64,000 nucleotides of DNA from Syntrophorhabdaceae bacterium. Its GTDB lineage: Bacteria > Desulfobacterota > Syntrophorhabdia > Syntrophorhabdales > Syntrophorhabdaceae. The DNA lies in assembly GCA_963665295.1 (NCBI GenBank), contig OY762209.1, positions 2,240,001 through 2,304,000 of the forward strand. Direction: 5' to 3'. Made by a program: the position numbers and the translations under genes. Shown piece after piece: positions 1-10,310 of the stretch (position 1 is its first letter; each line of letters opens with the position of its first letter). The notes under the pieces were generated by a model. That model was not told the DNA's origin and did not search any database. It saw only the letters and a list, made by a program, of their open reading frames with translations.

Positions 1-129
1 CTGCATTCTTTGCATTTTTAAAATCCACTTTACATAATTCGAACGGATTTTTAACCCTCCCCGTACCCCTGGTGGCCCCTTTCAAAGCTAAGTGACCGTA
101 ATTGCAGGTTTATCTAATGCAGATCGTTG

Positions 130-144
130 TGGCACGCCATTTGC
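130..144 (+). promoter_or_regulatory. sigma54 (-24/-12) promoter of the first CoA ligase
   Basis: TGGCAC-gccat-TTGC, exact consensus and spacing; a sigma54 activator is encoded nearby. Confidence 0.9.
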
Positions 145-183
145 CTCATAAAGAGACAGTACATATTGAAAAAGGAGGCAGAG

Positions 184-1698
184 ATGGAAAAGGCAGCGAA
201 AAGTCACTTCAATGTAGCGTCAGAGCTTTTGGACCAGAATGCATCCCTTCGGGGAGATAAGGTAGCCATATACTGTGGGGAGCAAAAAATAACCTATAAG
301 GAACTTCAGGAGGGTGTGAACAAATTTGCCAATGTTCTGAAGACCCTGGGGGTAAAACCGACGGAGCGGGTCATGATACTCCTGCCTGATTCCCCCATGT
401 TCTTCTATGCCTTCCTGGGCGCCATCAAATACGGGGCCTGGGCAGTGCCGGTCAACACCATGCTGGTGGAGAGCGATTATGAATACATGCTCGAAAACAG
501 TGAGGCAAGGGTGCTGGTCACCACGAAAGAGGGCAAGGCTGCAAAGATCCGCCCCAACCACCTTTGTTACAAACTCTTCTGCGACAACGGCCTTGAGTCG
601 CTCATGCGCAACGCGCCATCCACCTTCGAACCCTATCCGACCAAGAAAGATGATATCGCCTTCTGGCTGTTCAGTTCGGGAAGCACCGGCAAGCCCAAGG
701 GCACGCCGCACAGGCATATCGATATGGTCCACTCGGCGGACAATTACGGTGCGAAGGTCCTCAATCTTAAGGAAAATGACGTTTGTTTTTCGGTAAGCAA
801 GCTTTTCTTCGCGTACGGCCTCGGAAACGGCATGTTCTTCCCCCTGAGAGCGGGTGCGTCGGTGGTCCAGTTGTCAACCCCTCCAAGCCCGGACAGCGTA
901 CTGGAAACCGTATCGAACTTTAAACCCACCGTATTCTTCGGCGTGCCGACCCAGTACAACTCGGTATTGAAGAAACCGAATATCGCGGATGTCTTTAAAT
1001 CGGTGCGCATGTGCATCTCGGCGGGAGAGGCCCTCCCACCTGAGATATTCAATAAGTGGAAAGAGACGACGGGGCTTGAGATTCTGGACGGGATCGGTTC
1101 GACGGAGGCCCTCCACATCTTTATTTCCAATATGCCGGGCGACGTGAAACCGGGAGCCTCGGGTAGAATAGTGCCGGGCTATGAGGCGAAGATCGTGGAC
1201 GACGTGGGTAATGACATCCCCCCGGGAGAAGCGGGTCACCTCATTATCAGAGGAGAGAGCGTGACCAAAGGCTACTGGAACAGACCGGACGAGAACGCGG
1301 AGAAAGTCCTCCCCGACGGCTGGTTCAAGACAGGGGACATGTACGTGGAGGAAGACGGATACTACACCTATCAGGGCAGAGGGGACGACATGCTCAAGGT
1401 GGGCGGTATCTGGGTATCTCCCGTGGAAATAGAAAACGTGCTTCTCGAACACAAAGCCGTCCATGAAGCCGCCGTAGTAGGACATGACGTGGAAGGCTTA
1501 AGCAAACCTTTCGGATACGTAGCGCTCAACGAGGATTACCGGGACCTGAGCGATGAGGACCTGAGCCGTGAACTGCTGCAATTCGTGAGCGAACGGTTGC
1601 CGAAGTTCAAGTGGTTGAGAGGGGTCTATTTCATCGACGAACTGCCCAAGACGGCGACCGGCAAGATACAGCGGTTTAAACTGAGAAAAGCATCATAA
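184..1698 (+). CDS. Benzoate-CoA ligase family (aromatic acid-CoA ligase)
   Basis: FWLFSSGSTGKPKG, SKLFFAYGLGN, DGIGSTEALHIF, GRGDDMLKVGG and PKTATGKIQR motifs; start set at ATG 184 behind an AAGGAGG RBS. Confidence 0.92.
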   Translation: MEKAAKSHFNVASELLDQNASLRGDKVAIYCGEQKITYKELQEGVNKFANVLKTLGVKPTERVMILLPDSPMFFYAFLGAIKYGAWAVPVNTMLVESDYEYMLENSEARVLVTTKEGKAAKIRPNHLCYKLFCDNGLESLMRNAPSTFEPYPTKKDDIAFWLFSSGSTGKPKGTPHRHIDMVHSADNYGAKVLNLKENDVCFSVSKLFFAYGLGNGMFFPLRAGASVVQLSTPPSPDSVLETVSNFKPTVFFGVPTQYNSVLKKPNIADVFKSVRMCISAGEALPPEIFNKWKETTGLEILDGIGSTEALHIFISNMPGDVKPGASGRIVPGYEAKIVDDVGNDIPPGEAGHLIIRGESVTKGYWNRPDENAEKVLPDGWFKTGDMYVEEDGYYTYQGRGDDMLKVGGIWVSPVEIENVLLEHKAVHEAAVVGHDVEGLSKPFGYVALNEDYRDLSDEDLSRELLQFVSERLPKFKWLRGVYFIDELPKTATGKIQRFKLRKAS

Positions 1699-2066
1699 CC
1701 ATAGAACTGAAAGCGCAAAGCCGCTTACTGGAACAACCCTTCCGTTCCTCCTTCCACAAAAGGAAGGGGGGACGGAAGGCCCATGCACGGTGTTGAGCAG
1801 TCGAGGGGAGACCCCCTACAGCAGATAGAGAGAAGACAGGCGGCGGGGATACCTCCCTCCCCGGGCTGACCATAGGTAGGATCCGCCACCTGCTTCACCC
1901 CGATAAGTCCCATCGAAGGAAGAGCACATGTCCTTGCGGAAGGCCATGGCAAAAGGGCTCGACCACATTGTCGTTACCGGGTGCAACCGGCCGGGGCCGG
2001 AAAAGGAATTGCCCCGGCTCACAGAAAAGACGCGTACGAACAACCCGAGGCCGTTTTCCGGGATTG

Positions 2067-2092
2067 CAATATATATATATATATATATATTG
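2067..2092. repeat. (AT)11 microsatellite, perfect palindrome CA(AT)11TG
   Basis: Directly visible in the intergenic region upstream of the kinase. Confidence 0.95.
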
Positions 2093-2129
2093 GTATTACT
2101 TCCTGGTTCTTACCTATCCTCACCGCATT

Positions 2130-2171
2130 GACAGGACCGCCCCTGAAGGCGTTTTCAGAAGCGGTCCTGTC
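2130..2171. other. Strong hairpin (possible terminator or regulatory structure)
   Basis: GACAGGACCGC ... GCGGTCCTGTC with inner CTGAA/TTCAG pairing. Confidence 0.5.
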
Positions 2172-2320
2172 CAAAACCCGCCCGCCATGGGTCTCCGCAA
2201 TCCCCGCGGGTAAGGGCCTCACCGTCGGAGCAGGGGCAAGGGTGATAAAAAACGGGGTATTTGCCGGTTTCCATGTGGCAAAGCGGGTATCGTTGTGGTA
2301 ACATATAGAGGCTACAACTA

Positions 2321-3853
2321 ATGGATATCGCAGATATTCTCATAAATTACCGGGAAAGTATCATCCGGGAATGGGTGCGCATCCTGCATACCGAGGTAAG
2401 CAAGACTTATTCGGCCCAGGCTCCCGAAACCCTCTTTCTCACCTGTACCGCGGCGTATGACGCCAATTTCAAAGCCTTCGTGAACAGGGATTTTTCCAAG
2501 CTGGACAGGGTTGTCGAGAATATCGGCAGAATACGGTCCAAGGCAGGTTTTTCCCTGTCGGAGGTCCAAAAAGCTTTCGAGCTGTACCGCATCATGCTCA
2601 TGCCCATCCTCATGCGGGAACTGGAGGGGGCTGAGCTTGTGGTGACCCTCGATCACCTGAATGAACTCCTCAGCTATACGATCCACAAGTTCAGCGACTA
2701 CTTCCAGGCCCTCTCGGAGAAGCAGATAAGAGACTATGCCCAGACCCTGGAAATAAAGGTTGCCGAGAGGACGAAGGAACTTGCCGAATCGGAAGACAAG
2801 TACCGGACCCTGGTAGAGGAGATGAGGGATGGCTATGCAGTAAACGAAGACGGGACCATCATCTTCGCCAACAGGGCCTTCTGTGAGATGCACGGATACC
2901 GTCGCCGGGAGGCAATCGGCAGGTGCTATACGGATTTTATCGCCCCCGAGTCTCTTGAAGAGGTAAAGAAGATCTATGAGAGGAGGGACTCAGGGGAATC
3001 AAAGGAACGGTATATCTATTTCCGGCTTCACAAGAACGGGAGCAGGTTCCCTACCGAGAACAGGGTAACCGTGGTGCGTTACCAGGGGAAGGCAGCGGCC
3101 CTCGTGATCTGCTGCGATATCACGGAGAGGATAAGGATAGAGGAACGGATCCGCGAGGCAGAGCATCTCGCTCATATCGGGCAGTTTACCACGTCTCTCG
3201 CCCATGAGATCAGGAACCCCCTTTCCGCGGCCAAGATGGGCATCCAGATGCTCCTCAAGAGCCCTTCCTTCACCGGAAACGACAGGAGACGGCTGGAGAT
3301 CCTTTCCCAGGAGACCTCCAGGCTCGACAACATCGTCACGGAAATGCTCGATTTTGCGAAACCCATAAAGTTCGAATTCGAAGCCTGTTCCATGGTGTCT
3401 CTCATTGAATCCTGCCTTGATGTCATGGAAGGGAAGATCAAGGAAAAGAAGATCAGGGTCCATGAGAAATTCCCGAGGAACCTCCCTTACGTGATGATGG
3501 ATTACGAAAAGATGGAGCAGGTTATTATCAACCTCCTCCTCAACTCCATAGAGGCGGTGAGTGAAGAAGGGGAGATCACCATCGCGGCGGGACGCCTGAG
3601 AGGAAAGAAAGAGGCTATCAGGGTACAGATCGCCGACAACGGGGGCGGTATCCGGGAAGAGGACATGCCCTTCATCTTCGACCCCTTCTTTAGCCGGAAG
3701 GCAAAAGGGACCGGACTGGGGCTTGCGAATGTGAAGAAGATCATAGAAGCGCACGGGGGCAGAATATGGGCGACTCCCTGGGACCAGAGCGGTGTGTGCA
3801 TGAATTTCACCATGTTGCGGGAAATAGACCAGGGTCAGAGACCCGGCGAATAG
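2321..3853 (+). CDS. Cytoplasmic PAS sensor histidine kinase with RsbRD_N-like N-terminus
   Basis: H-box LAHEIRNPL, N-box NLLLNSIEA, DNGGG, FDPFF, GTGLGL; PAS segment; no obvious TM helix. Confidence 0.9.
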   Translation: MDIADILINYRESIIREWVRILHTEVSKTYSAQAPETLFLTCTAAYDANFKAFVNRDFSKLDRVVENIGRIRSKAGFSLSEVQKAFELYRIMLMPILMRELEGAELVVTLDHLNELLSYTIHKFSDYFQALSEKQIRDYAQTLEIKVAERTKELAESEDKYRTLVEEMRDGYAVNEDGTIIFANRAFCEMHGYRRREAIGRCYTDFIAPESLEEVKKIYERRDSGESKERYIYFRLHKNGSRFPTENRVTVVRYQGKAAALVICCDITERIRIEERIREAEHLAHIGQFTTSLAHEIRNPLSAAKMGIQMLLKSPSFTGNDRRRLEILSQETSRLDNIVTEMLDFAKPIKFEFEACSMVSLIESCLDVMEGKIKEKKIRVHEKFPRNLPYVMMDYEKMEQVIINLLLNSIEAVSEEGEITIAAGRLRGKKEAIRVQIADNGGGIREEDMPFIFDPFFSRKAKGTGLGLANVKKIIEAHGGRIWATPWDQSGVCMNFTMLREIDQGQRPGE

Positions 3854-3868
3854 CGAGGTGCTCAACAC

Positions 3869-5257
3869 GTGACATCAGCGCGGATATTGATTGTTGACGA
3901 CGAACCATCCTCCCTGGAACTGCTGGAGGTATACCTCAGGGAGAAAGGCTATGAGGTGAGGTGTGCAAAAGACGGCAAGGAGTGCTTCGAAACCGTGGCG
4001 TCCTTCAAGCCCGACATTCTCGTCCTCGACATCCGCCTGCCCGACGCCGACGGCCTCGAGATACTGAGCCGTTTGAAAGAAAGGGGCAGCGCCGCCCATG
4101 TGATTATCATGACCGCCTTTCATGACATGGCGACCACGATCAAGGCCATGAAACTCGGTGCCTTCGAGTATATCCCGAAACCTATCGATGTGGATGAACT
4201 GGAAGTGGCCATCGGACGGGCCCTTGCCCTGCTGGCGACGAAAAAGATCTCCAGCGGCCTTACCGTAGGGCCTCCGGGAGAATTCGAGGACGGGCAGACC
4301 ATCGGAAAGACGAAGGGCATGAAAGAAATTTTCAAGACTATCGGGATGCTTTCCGGAAACAGGGTAAATGTCCTGATCGAAGGGGAAACCGGCACAGGCA
4401 AGGAGCTTGTGGCGCGGGCCATTCACTTCCATAGCACCTATAAGGACCAGCCGTTCATTGCCATAAACTGCTCCGCCATTGTGGAAAACCTCCTGGAAAG
4501 CGAGCTTTTCGGCCATGAGAAAGGGGCATTCACCGGCGCTATCTCCACGAAGAAGGGCAAATTCGAGCTGGCGGGAGAAGGCACCATTCTCCTCGACGAG
4601 GTGGGAGAGATACCCTTCGAATTACAGGCCAAACTGCTCAGGTTCCTTCAATCGAAGGAGTTTCAGCGTGTGGGTGGAGAGAGGACGCTGAAGTCGAATG
4701 CGCGCGTGCTCGCCGCAACGAACAGGGACCTTATGGCAATGGTGAAGGAAGGCACCTTCAGAGAAGACCTTTACTACCGTCTGAGCGTCGCCAACGTGAA
4801 GGTGCCGCCCCTGAGAGAGAGGAAGACGGATATACCGCTCATCATAGATTACCTTCTGAGAAAGATCAACCGCGACCTCCACAAAGGCATCGAACAGGTG
4901 GAGGAGAACGCCCTCGGCCGCATGCTCGATTACAGTTGGCCCGGAAACGTGAGGGAACTCGAGAATGTCCTTACGAGGGCAGCCATGTATACCCAGGGCC
5001 ATGTCATACTCGATACGGCGATTGCCCTGCTCATCAACAGGGAGAAAGGCGAGGATCGCGCACCCCAGGCCCAGGCAGAGGAAAGTAAAAAGGGCGTTGA
5101 TCCCTACGAGACGGAGAAGGACCGGATCATGAGGATCCTTGACGAGGCACACTGGCATTACGGCAATGCGTGCAAAACCCTCGGCATTTCACGGCCTACC
5201 CTCAACAAGAGGCTGAGGGAGTATGGGATATCGCCCAAACCGCGTAATTATAGCTGA
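3869..5257 (+). CDS. Sigma54-dependent response regulator (NtrC/AtoC family)
   Basis: Receiver ILIVDD...D...KP, GETGTGKE, GAFTGA, WPGNVREL, Fis-type HTH. Confidence 0.95.
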   Translation: MTSARILIVDDEPSSLELLEVYLREKGYEVRCAKDGKECFETVASFKPDILVLDIRLPDADGLEILSRLKERGSAAHVIIMTAFHDMATTIKAMKLGAFEYIPKPIDVDELEVAIGRALALLATKKISSGLTVGPPGEFEDGQTIGKTKGMKEIFKTIGMLSGNRVNVLIEGETGTGKELVARAIHFHSTYKDQPFIAINCSAIVENLLESELFGHEKGAFTGAISTKKGKFELAGEGTILLDEVGEIPFELQAKLLRFLQSKEFQRVGGERTLKSNARVLAATNRDLMAMVKEGTFREDLYYRLSVANVKVPPLRERKTDIPLIIDYLLRKINRDLHKGIEQVEENALGRMLDYSWPGNVRELENVLTRAAMYTQGHVILDTAIALLINREKGEDRAPQAQAEESKKGVDPYETEKDRIMRILDEAHWHYGNACKTLGISRPTLNKRLREYGISPKPRNYS

Positions 5258-5473
5258 TAAAAGACCGTATTACCCCGCGCACCTGTTTGAGGCGCCCGTG
5301 AAGGCGCGCCCCCCGGATGCGGGGCCTCTGCAATTGCTTGTGAATCAGGACACTTTTCATTTTTAAAAACTCCTTTAAATAATCGAAAGTATTTTTAACT
5401 CCCTCCTGCGACGCGACGCTCATCGGCGTGTGCAACATGTTGTAATAATTGTTAAAGACCATGACGGCATCCA

Positions 5474-5488
5474 TGGCACACCATTTGC
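5474..5488 (+). promoter_or_regulatory. sigma54 promoter of the second CoA ligase
   Basis: TGGCAC-accat-TTGC. Confidence 0.88.
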
Positions 5489-5523
5489 GTAAGGATAGGG
5501 ATGGTGCATACAGGGAGCAGGGA

Positions 5524-7068
5524 ATGAGAAGACCGGCGACAGGGAAAAAGAGGTTCAATATTGCCTCGGAACTGTTGGATGAGAATGCAGCCCTCCGGGG
5601 AAAGAAGATTGCCATATTCAGCGGAAAAGAGCGGGTGACCTACAGGCTGGTCCTGGAGAACGTGAACAGGTTCGCCAATGTTCTCAAGACGCTGGGAGTG
5701 AAGCCCATGGAACGGGTCATGGTAGCTCTTTCCGACTCGCCCATGTTCGTGTACGCATTCCTGGGAAGCATAAGGCATGGGGCGTGGCCGGTGCCGGTGA
5801 ACAACATGCTGGAAGAAAGCGACTATGCGTACCTGCTCGAAAACAGCGAAGCCCGGGTGCTCGTCACGGAGAAGGCAAGCAAGGCTGCCAGGACGAGATC
5901 GACGGGCTTCTGCTACAAATTGTTCGCCGACGACGGTCTCGGGCTCCTCATGTACGATGCGGCGGCCCATGGGGAAACATATCCCTCCAGAGAGTCCGAT
6001 ATCGCTTTCTGGCTTTACAGCACGGGGTGCACAGGCAAGCCGAAGGGGGTTCCCCACCGGCATATCGATATGATCCATTCAGCGGACAATTACGCAAAGA
6101 AGGTGCTCAGGATCGGCGAGAGCGATATCCTTTTCTCGGCGAGCAAGCTCCACTTTGCCTATGGGCTCGGCAACGGACTCTATTTCCCTTTCAGGTGCGG
6201 CGCATCCACGGTGTTGGACCCATCCGCGCCAAGCCCCGGGAATATGCTCAGAACGGTTTCCGCCTGCAAGCCGACCGTGTTCTTCGGCGTCCCCGCCCAC
6301 TACAATTCGATATTGAAGAGCGACAATGTGAAGAGCGCTTTCAAATCGGTCCGGGCGTGCATATCCGCAGGAGAGGCGCTGCCTCCCGGTATCTTTTACC
6401 GGTGGAAGGAAGCGACGGGGCTTGAGATCGTGGACGGCATAGGCTCCACCGAGGCCCTGCACATATTCATCTCAAATATGCCGGGTAACGTGAAACCGGG
6501 CACCTCGGGGCGCGTGGTTCCGGGATATGAAGCGAAGGTCGTGGACGATCCCGGCAGGGAACTGCCTCCCGGCAAGACAGGTCACCTTGTCGTCAGGGGA
6601 GAAAGCGTCACCAAAGGGTATTGGAACAAGCCGGAAGAGAGCAAGGAGCAGGTACTCCCGGGTGGCTGGTTCAAGACCGGAGACATGTATACCCAGGAAG
6701 ACGGGTATTTTACCTGTCGGGGAAGAGGGGATGACATGCTCATGGTGGGTAACGCCTGGGTCTCTCCCATGGAGATCGAGAATGTTCTCCTGGAGCATGA
6801 GGCAGTTCACGAAGCCGCGGTGGTGGGCTGTTTTGTGGACGGATTGAGCGAGCCCTTCGGATACGTCTCACTCAACGAAGACTACAGGGACCGGCAGGAT
6901 GAGGATTTGAGCCGCGAACTGCTCCAATTCGTCAGCAAACGATTGCCGGAAAGCAAGTGGCTGAGGGGGGTTCGTTTTATGGATGAACTACCCAAGACTC
7001 CCACAGGGAAGATACAGAGGTTCAAGCTGAAAGACGAACAGCGAAAGGAGGTGACGCTATGCAGGTAA
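5524..7068 (+). CDS. Benzoate-CoA ligase family paralog (divergent A3/A8 motifs)
   Basis: Colinear with 184..1698; start moved to ATG 5524 because the ORF-track start overlaps the sigma54 promoter. Confidence 0.88.
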   Translation: MRRPATGKKRFNIASELLDENAALRGKKIAIFSGKERVTYRLVLENVNRFANVLKTLGVKPMERVMVALSDSPMFVYAFLGSIRHGAWPVPVNNMLEESDYAYLLENSEARVLVTEKASKAARTRSTGFCYKLFADDGLGLLMYDAAAHGETYPSRESDIAFWLYSTGCTGKPKGVPHRHIDMIHSADNYAKKVLRIGESDILFSASKLHFAYGLGNGLYFPFRCGASTVLDPSAPSPGNMLRTVSACKPTVFFGVPAHYNSILKSDNVKSAFKSVRACISAGEALPPGIFYRWKEATGLEIVDGIGSTEALHIFISNMPGNVKPGTSGRVVPGYEAKVVDDPGRELPPGKTGHLVVRGESVTKGYWNKPEESKEQVLPGGWFKTGDMYTQEDGYFTCRGRGDDMLMVGNAWVSPMEIENVLLEHEAVHEAAVVGCFVDGLSEPFGYVSLNEDYRDRQDEDLSRELLQFVSKRLPESKWLRGVRFMDELPKTPTGKIQRFKLKDEQRKEVTLCR

Positions 7069-7488
7069 AACGGTTTGGCGGCGGCGAAAGCTTGACGAAA
7101 ACCATAAGCCTTGAACTGCTCAAGTTCGCGGGTGAAAGGTTGCCGCAGTATGAATGGCTCCGGAAGATCTATCCTCCTGAAAAGGCACCGACCACGGGTG
7201 GGGGAAGACATGGTGAGCCGGATTAGGAGCCTACATAGAGGAGGGGGTGGACGCGTATGGGAAGCGTAACGGTGTACCTTTCATGGACGATGAGTTACCG
7301 GCGTAACCCAGGTAATAGGCAGGGAGAGAAAACGGAGAAGGTACCTCATCCCGCAACTGCCCGTTTGGTTCTGTGTGCTGCTGTGTATGGTTTCCCTTTT
7401 CCGGGAGTGGCGTGAGGCCGCCCCTACATGAGTATCGGCCAGGGAAGATCGTACCGCGTGTAAGACAACATAAAATGGAGGTACCTGA

Positions 7489-8886
7489 ATGACAACACCG
7501 AAGAATGTAACACAGTGGTTAGACAGTCTTGAGCTTAACCGGTTTCATGTGCTCGTCATGTTTCTCGCGGGATTCACCCTTATTTTCGATGGGTATGATT
7601 CTCAGATTATCGCGTACATCATGCCCCAGGTAATGAAGGAGTGGGGTCTCAAGCCTGTTATGGCGGGATCGATTGCGTCATACGGCTTCGGGGGACTCAT
7701 GTGCGGCGCTGCAATCTTCGGCATGATTGCCGACCGCATCGGCCGGAAAGGCGGCCTGATGCTTGCCATTCTCTTTTTCTCAGTCTTCAGCGGACTGGGC
7801 GCTTTTGCCCCCAATTTCAAATCTTTTTGCGTTTTGCGGTTTCTCGCGGGTCTTGGCATGGGCGGGGCAATGCCTATATGTATTGCCATCGTAAGCGAGT
7901 TCGCACCGGCCAGGATCAGGGCAAAATCCGTGACCGCCATGTTTGCGGGTTTTACCACTGGATGGGCGGTGGCAGGAGCCGTCGCCATGGCCATCATTCC
8001 CGCCTACGGCTGGCGAGCCGCACTGTTTATGGGTTTCATACCCATGCTGTTCCTCCCCGTCATGAAGTTCTGGTGCCCTGAGTCGGTCCGTTTTCTCGCG
8101 GGCAGAGGCAAGCTCCAGGAAGCCATCGCCACCATGCGAAGAGTGGAAAGGGCTGCCAAGATTTATCCCATACCATGGACAGAGGCACATTTCACCTTTG
8201 GCACCGGTCCCCAGAAGAAAGGCAAAATGAGAGACATTTTCGGGCGGGGCTTGATCGCCATGACCATCCTTCTCTGGTTTGCCTATTTCTTCAACCTTCT
8301 CGTAACGTATGGACTGTCCACATGGCTCCCCACTCTTCTTGTGAAACAGGGTTTCTCCGTGGTGAAGAGCTACAGCTACGGCTTGATTCAGGCCATAGGG
8401 GCTTCCATCGGCGGGTTTGCATGCGGCTGGATGATGGATAAGTTCGGCAGGAAGGCAGCCCTCTTCATCTGCTACTTCCTGGGAGGATTTGCGGTACTTC
8501 TTTTCGGGACCGTGACGAACACCACGGGCCTCTATATTTACGGCGGTCTTGCGGGCATGCTCATCATCGGGGCCCAGATCGGTATTCAGGTAGTGGCCGG
8601 TGAAGCCTATCCGACCGCCATCAGGACTACCGGGGCCGGGTATGTCATGACCTTCGGGAGAATCGGGGCGATCCTCGCGGGCGTCCTCGGCGGCGTGCTC
8701 GTACAGGCCGGTTTCTCCTTCAAACAGTTCTTTGTTTTCTATGCAATACCCTGTTTCGTCGTGGCCGGCATTTCCCTGCTTTTCAAAGTGAACAAGTCGG
8801 AAGGCCTTGAGCATATCCACGAGAAACTGGTTAGCTCCCACGCCAAGCCGGCTGTGGCTACCGCAAGAATAGACGAGGCCGGCTAA
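7489..8886 (+). CDS. MFS aromatic acid:H+ symporter (AAHS, BenK/PcaK-like)
   Basis: DGYD in TM1, GMIADRIGRK, EFAPARIR, PES, EAYPTAIRTTG; GGAGG RBS. Confidence 0.9.
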   Translation: MTTPKNVTQWLDSLELNRFHVLVMFLAGFTLIFDGYDSQIIAYIMPQVMKEWGLKPVMAGSIASYGFGGLMCGAAIFGMIADRIGRKGGLMLAILFFSVFSGLGAFAPNFKSFCVLRFLAGLGMGGAMPICIAIVSEFAPARIRAKSVTAMFAGFTTGWAVAGAVAMAIIPAYGWRAALFMGFIPMLFLPVMKFWCPESVRFLAGRGKLQEAIATMRRVERAAKIYPIPWTEAHFTFGTGPQKKGKMRDIFGRGLIAMTILLWFAYFFNLLVTYGLSTWLPTLLVKQGFSVVKSYSYGLIQAIGASIGGFACGWMMDKFGRKAALFICYFLGGFAVLLFGTVTNTTGLYIYGGLAGMLIIGAQIGIQVVAGEAYPTAIRTTGAGYVMTFGRIGAILAGVLGGVLVQAGFSFKQFFVFYAIPCFVVAGISLLFKVNKSEGLEHIHEKLVSSHAKPAVATARIDEAG

Positions 8887-9029
8887 CATATATGATGGAT
8901 AGGCGAGCGGAAATACCTTTGCTAACCCCCCTGGGTAGAGTACGCGCTTCCTACTCCTTGTGTTTAACGCAGGCTCCGGAACCCCCGGGGCCTGCCTGAT
9001 GACTGAGTACTCCTTTAGCAGATGTGAGC

Positions 9030-9073
9030 TCAGAGGCCGCTCAACCGGAGAGATCAGGGTGAGCGGCCTCTGA
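9030..9073. terminator. Probable bidirectional terminator hairpin between convergent genes
   Basis: 14-bp stem TCAGAGGCCGCTCA / TGAGCGGCCTCTGA. Confidence 0.6.
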
Positions 9074-9147
9074 CTATTACGCATATGGGCACGGTTTTGG
9101 CCCTCGGGGGCCTGTATCTTATCGTCACGAAATAGGTCGGATGATTG

Positions 9148-9936
9148 TTAGTGGAGTATGCCCCTGGATTCCAGCCACTCCCGGGCATATTGACTACCCA
9201 GCTTTGCGGCGAACCTGAAATCCTTGACCGCGAGACTGTGATCTCCCCTGTTTTCATATATTTCCGCCCGGCTCACATAGGCGTCGGCGTAATCGGGGCT
9301 CAGGGTGATGGCCTCGGTAAAGTCCCGGAGGGCCTGTTCGTCGTCACCCGAGGCGTGGTACGCCTTGCCCCGGTTGTGGTAGGTTTCCGCAAACTCGGGT
9401 CTTGTCCGGATAAACCTGGTGTAGTCGCGTATTGCCTCCTCGTGTTCGCCGAGTGCCTCGTGGGCGTCGCCGCGAATCACATAGGCCCATTCGAATTCCG
9501 GTTTCAGCGTGAGCAGGACCGTATAGTCGTGGACAGCCTGAAGGTAGTCTCCGGTTTTCATGCAGACTATGCCCCGTTTGCCGTAAGTGGCCGCGTCGTC
9601 GGGCTTCAATCCTATGGCATAGGTGTAGTCCCCGATTTCCTTTTCGTGGTCCCCCAGGTTTCCGTATGCGGCGGCACGGTATATATAGAGTTCGATCCGG
9701 TCGGGGCTGAGTGCGATGGCCCGGGTATAATTGTCTGCCGCCTGCCCGTAGTTGCCGAGGACGCGGTAGATGTCTCCCAGGTTCACATAGGCGGTCACAT
9801 AGTCGGAATCGAGTTCCACGGCCCGCGTATAATTGATCACCGCCTGATCGTAGTTCCCTGTTTTTCGGGCCGTATCCCCCCGCTTGTTGTAAGCCTTTGC
9901 GAATTCGTGATTCTTGACTTTGACCATAGGGATCAT
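9148..9936 (-). CDS. Tetratricopeptide repeat protein
   Basis: About seven 34-aa repeats AYxxRGxxY...A..DY..AI.L.P. Confidence 0.9.
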   Translation of the reverse strand: MIPMVKVKNHEFAKAYNKRGDTARKTGNYDQAVINYTRAVELDSDYVTAYVNLGDIYRVLGNYGQAADNYTRAIALSPDRIELYIYRAAAYGNLGDHEKEIGDYTYAIGLKPDDAATYGKRGIVCMKTGDYLQAVHDYTVLLTLKPEFEWAYVIRGDAHEALGEHEEAIRDYTRFIRTRPEFAETYHNRGKAYHASGDDEQALRDFTEAITLSPDYADAYVSRAEIYENRGDHSLAVKDFRFAAKLGSQYAREWLESRGILH

Positions 9937-10120
9937 TGTAAATATCCTGCCCGGAAAAATCCAGTATAAAAGTACCCCCGGAAATAAGGAGCGAAGGGCG
10001 CATAATTACCGATCAGCCCACACTGTGAGCGTGGTGCGACGCAAGCCCTCCTGATTGCGCCACGTGAGCCCCAATAATTGCAATGCCTTTGTAGAGCGAA
10101 GGGTGTATAATTATCCGACG

Positions 10121-10309
10121 GGTTTTATTTAGCTCACACAGTGAGCGAGAAGGGGAGGCTCTACCGGCTTTGCCGGTGGAGGGGGCGACGCAAGCCCCTT
10201 TAGCAGTGGGTGCACAATTATCCCACCGGTTTTATTTAGCTCACACAGTGAGCGAGAAGGGGAGGCTCTACCGGCTTTGCCGGTGGAGGGGGCGACGCAA
10301 GCCCCTTTA
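10121..10309. repeat. Tandem REP-like palindromic element (2 identical 82-bp units, period 107; degenerate third copy near 9988-10050)
   Basis: 10121-10202 equals 10228-10309; internal stems AAGGGG/CCCCTT and CTCTACCGGC-TTT-GCCGGTGGAG. Confidence 0.9.
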
Positions 10310-10310
10310 T

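Noticed and set aside
10121..10309. CRISPR array
   Set aside because: Only two long units with similar linkers, no unique spacers and no cas genes.
127..10310. ORF-track N-terminal extensions at 127, 5449 and 10170
   Set aside because: They run through sigma54 promoters or the repeat element; downstream ATGs fit better.
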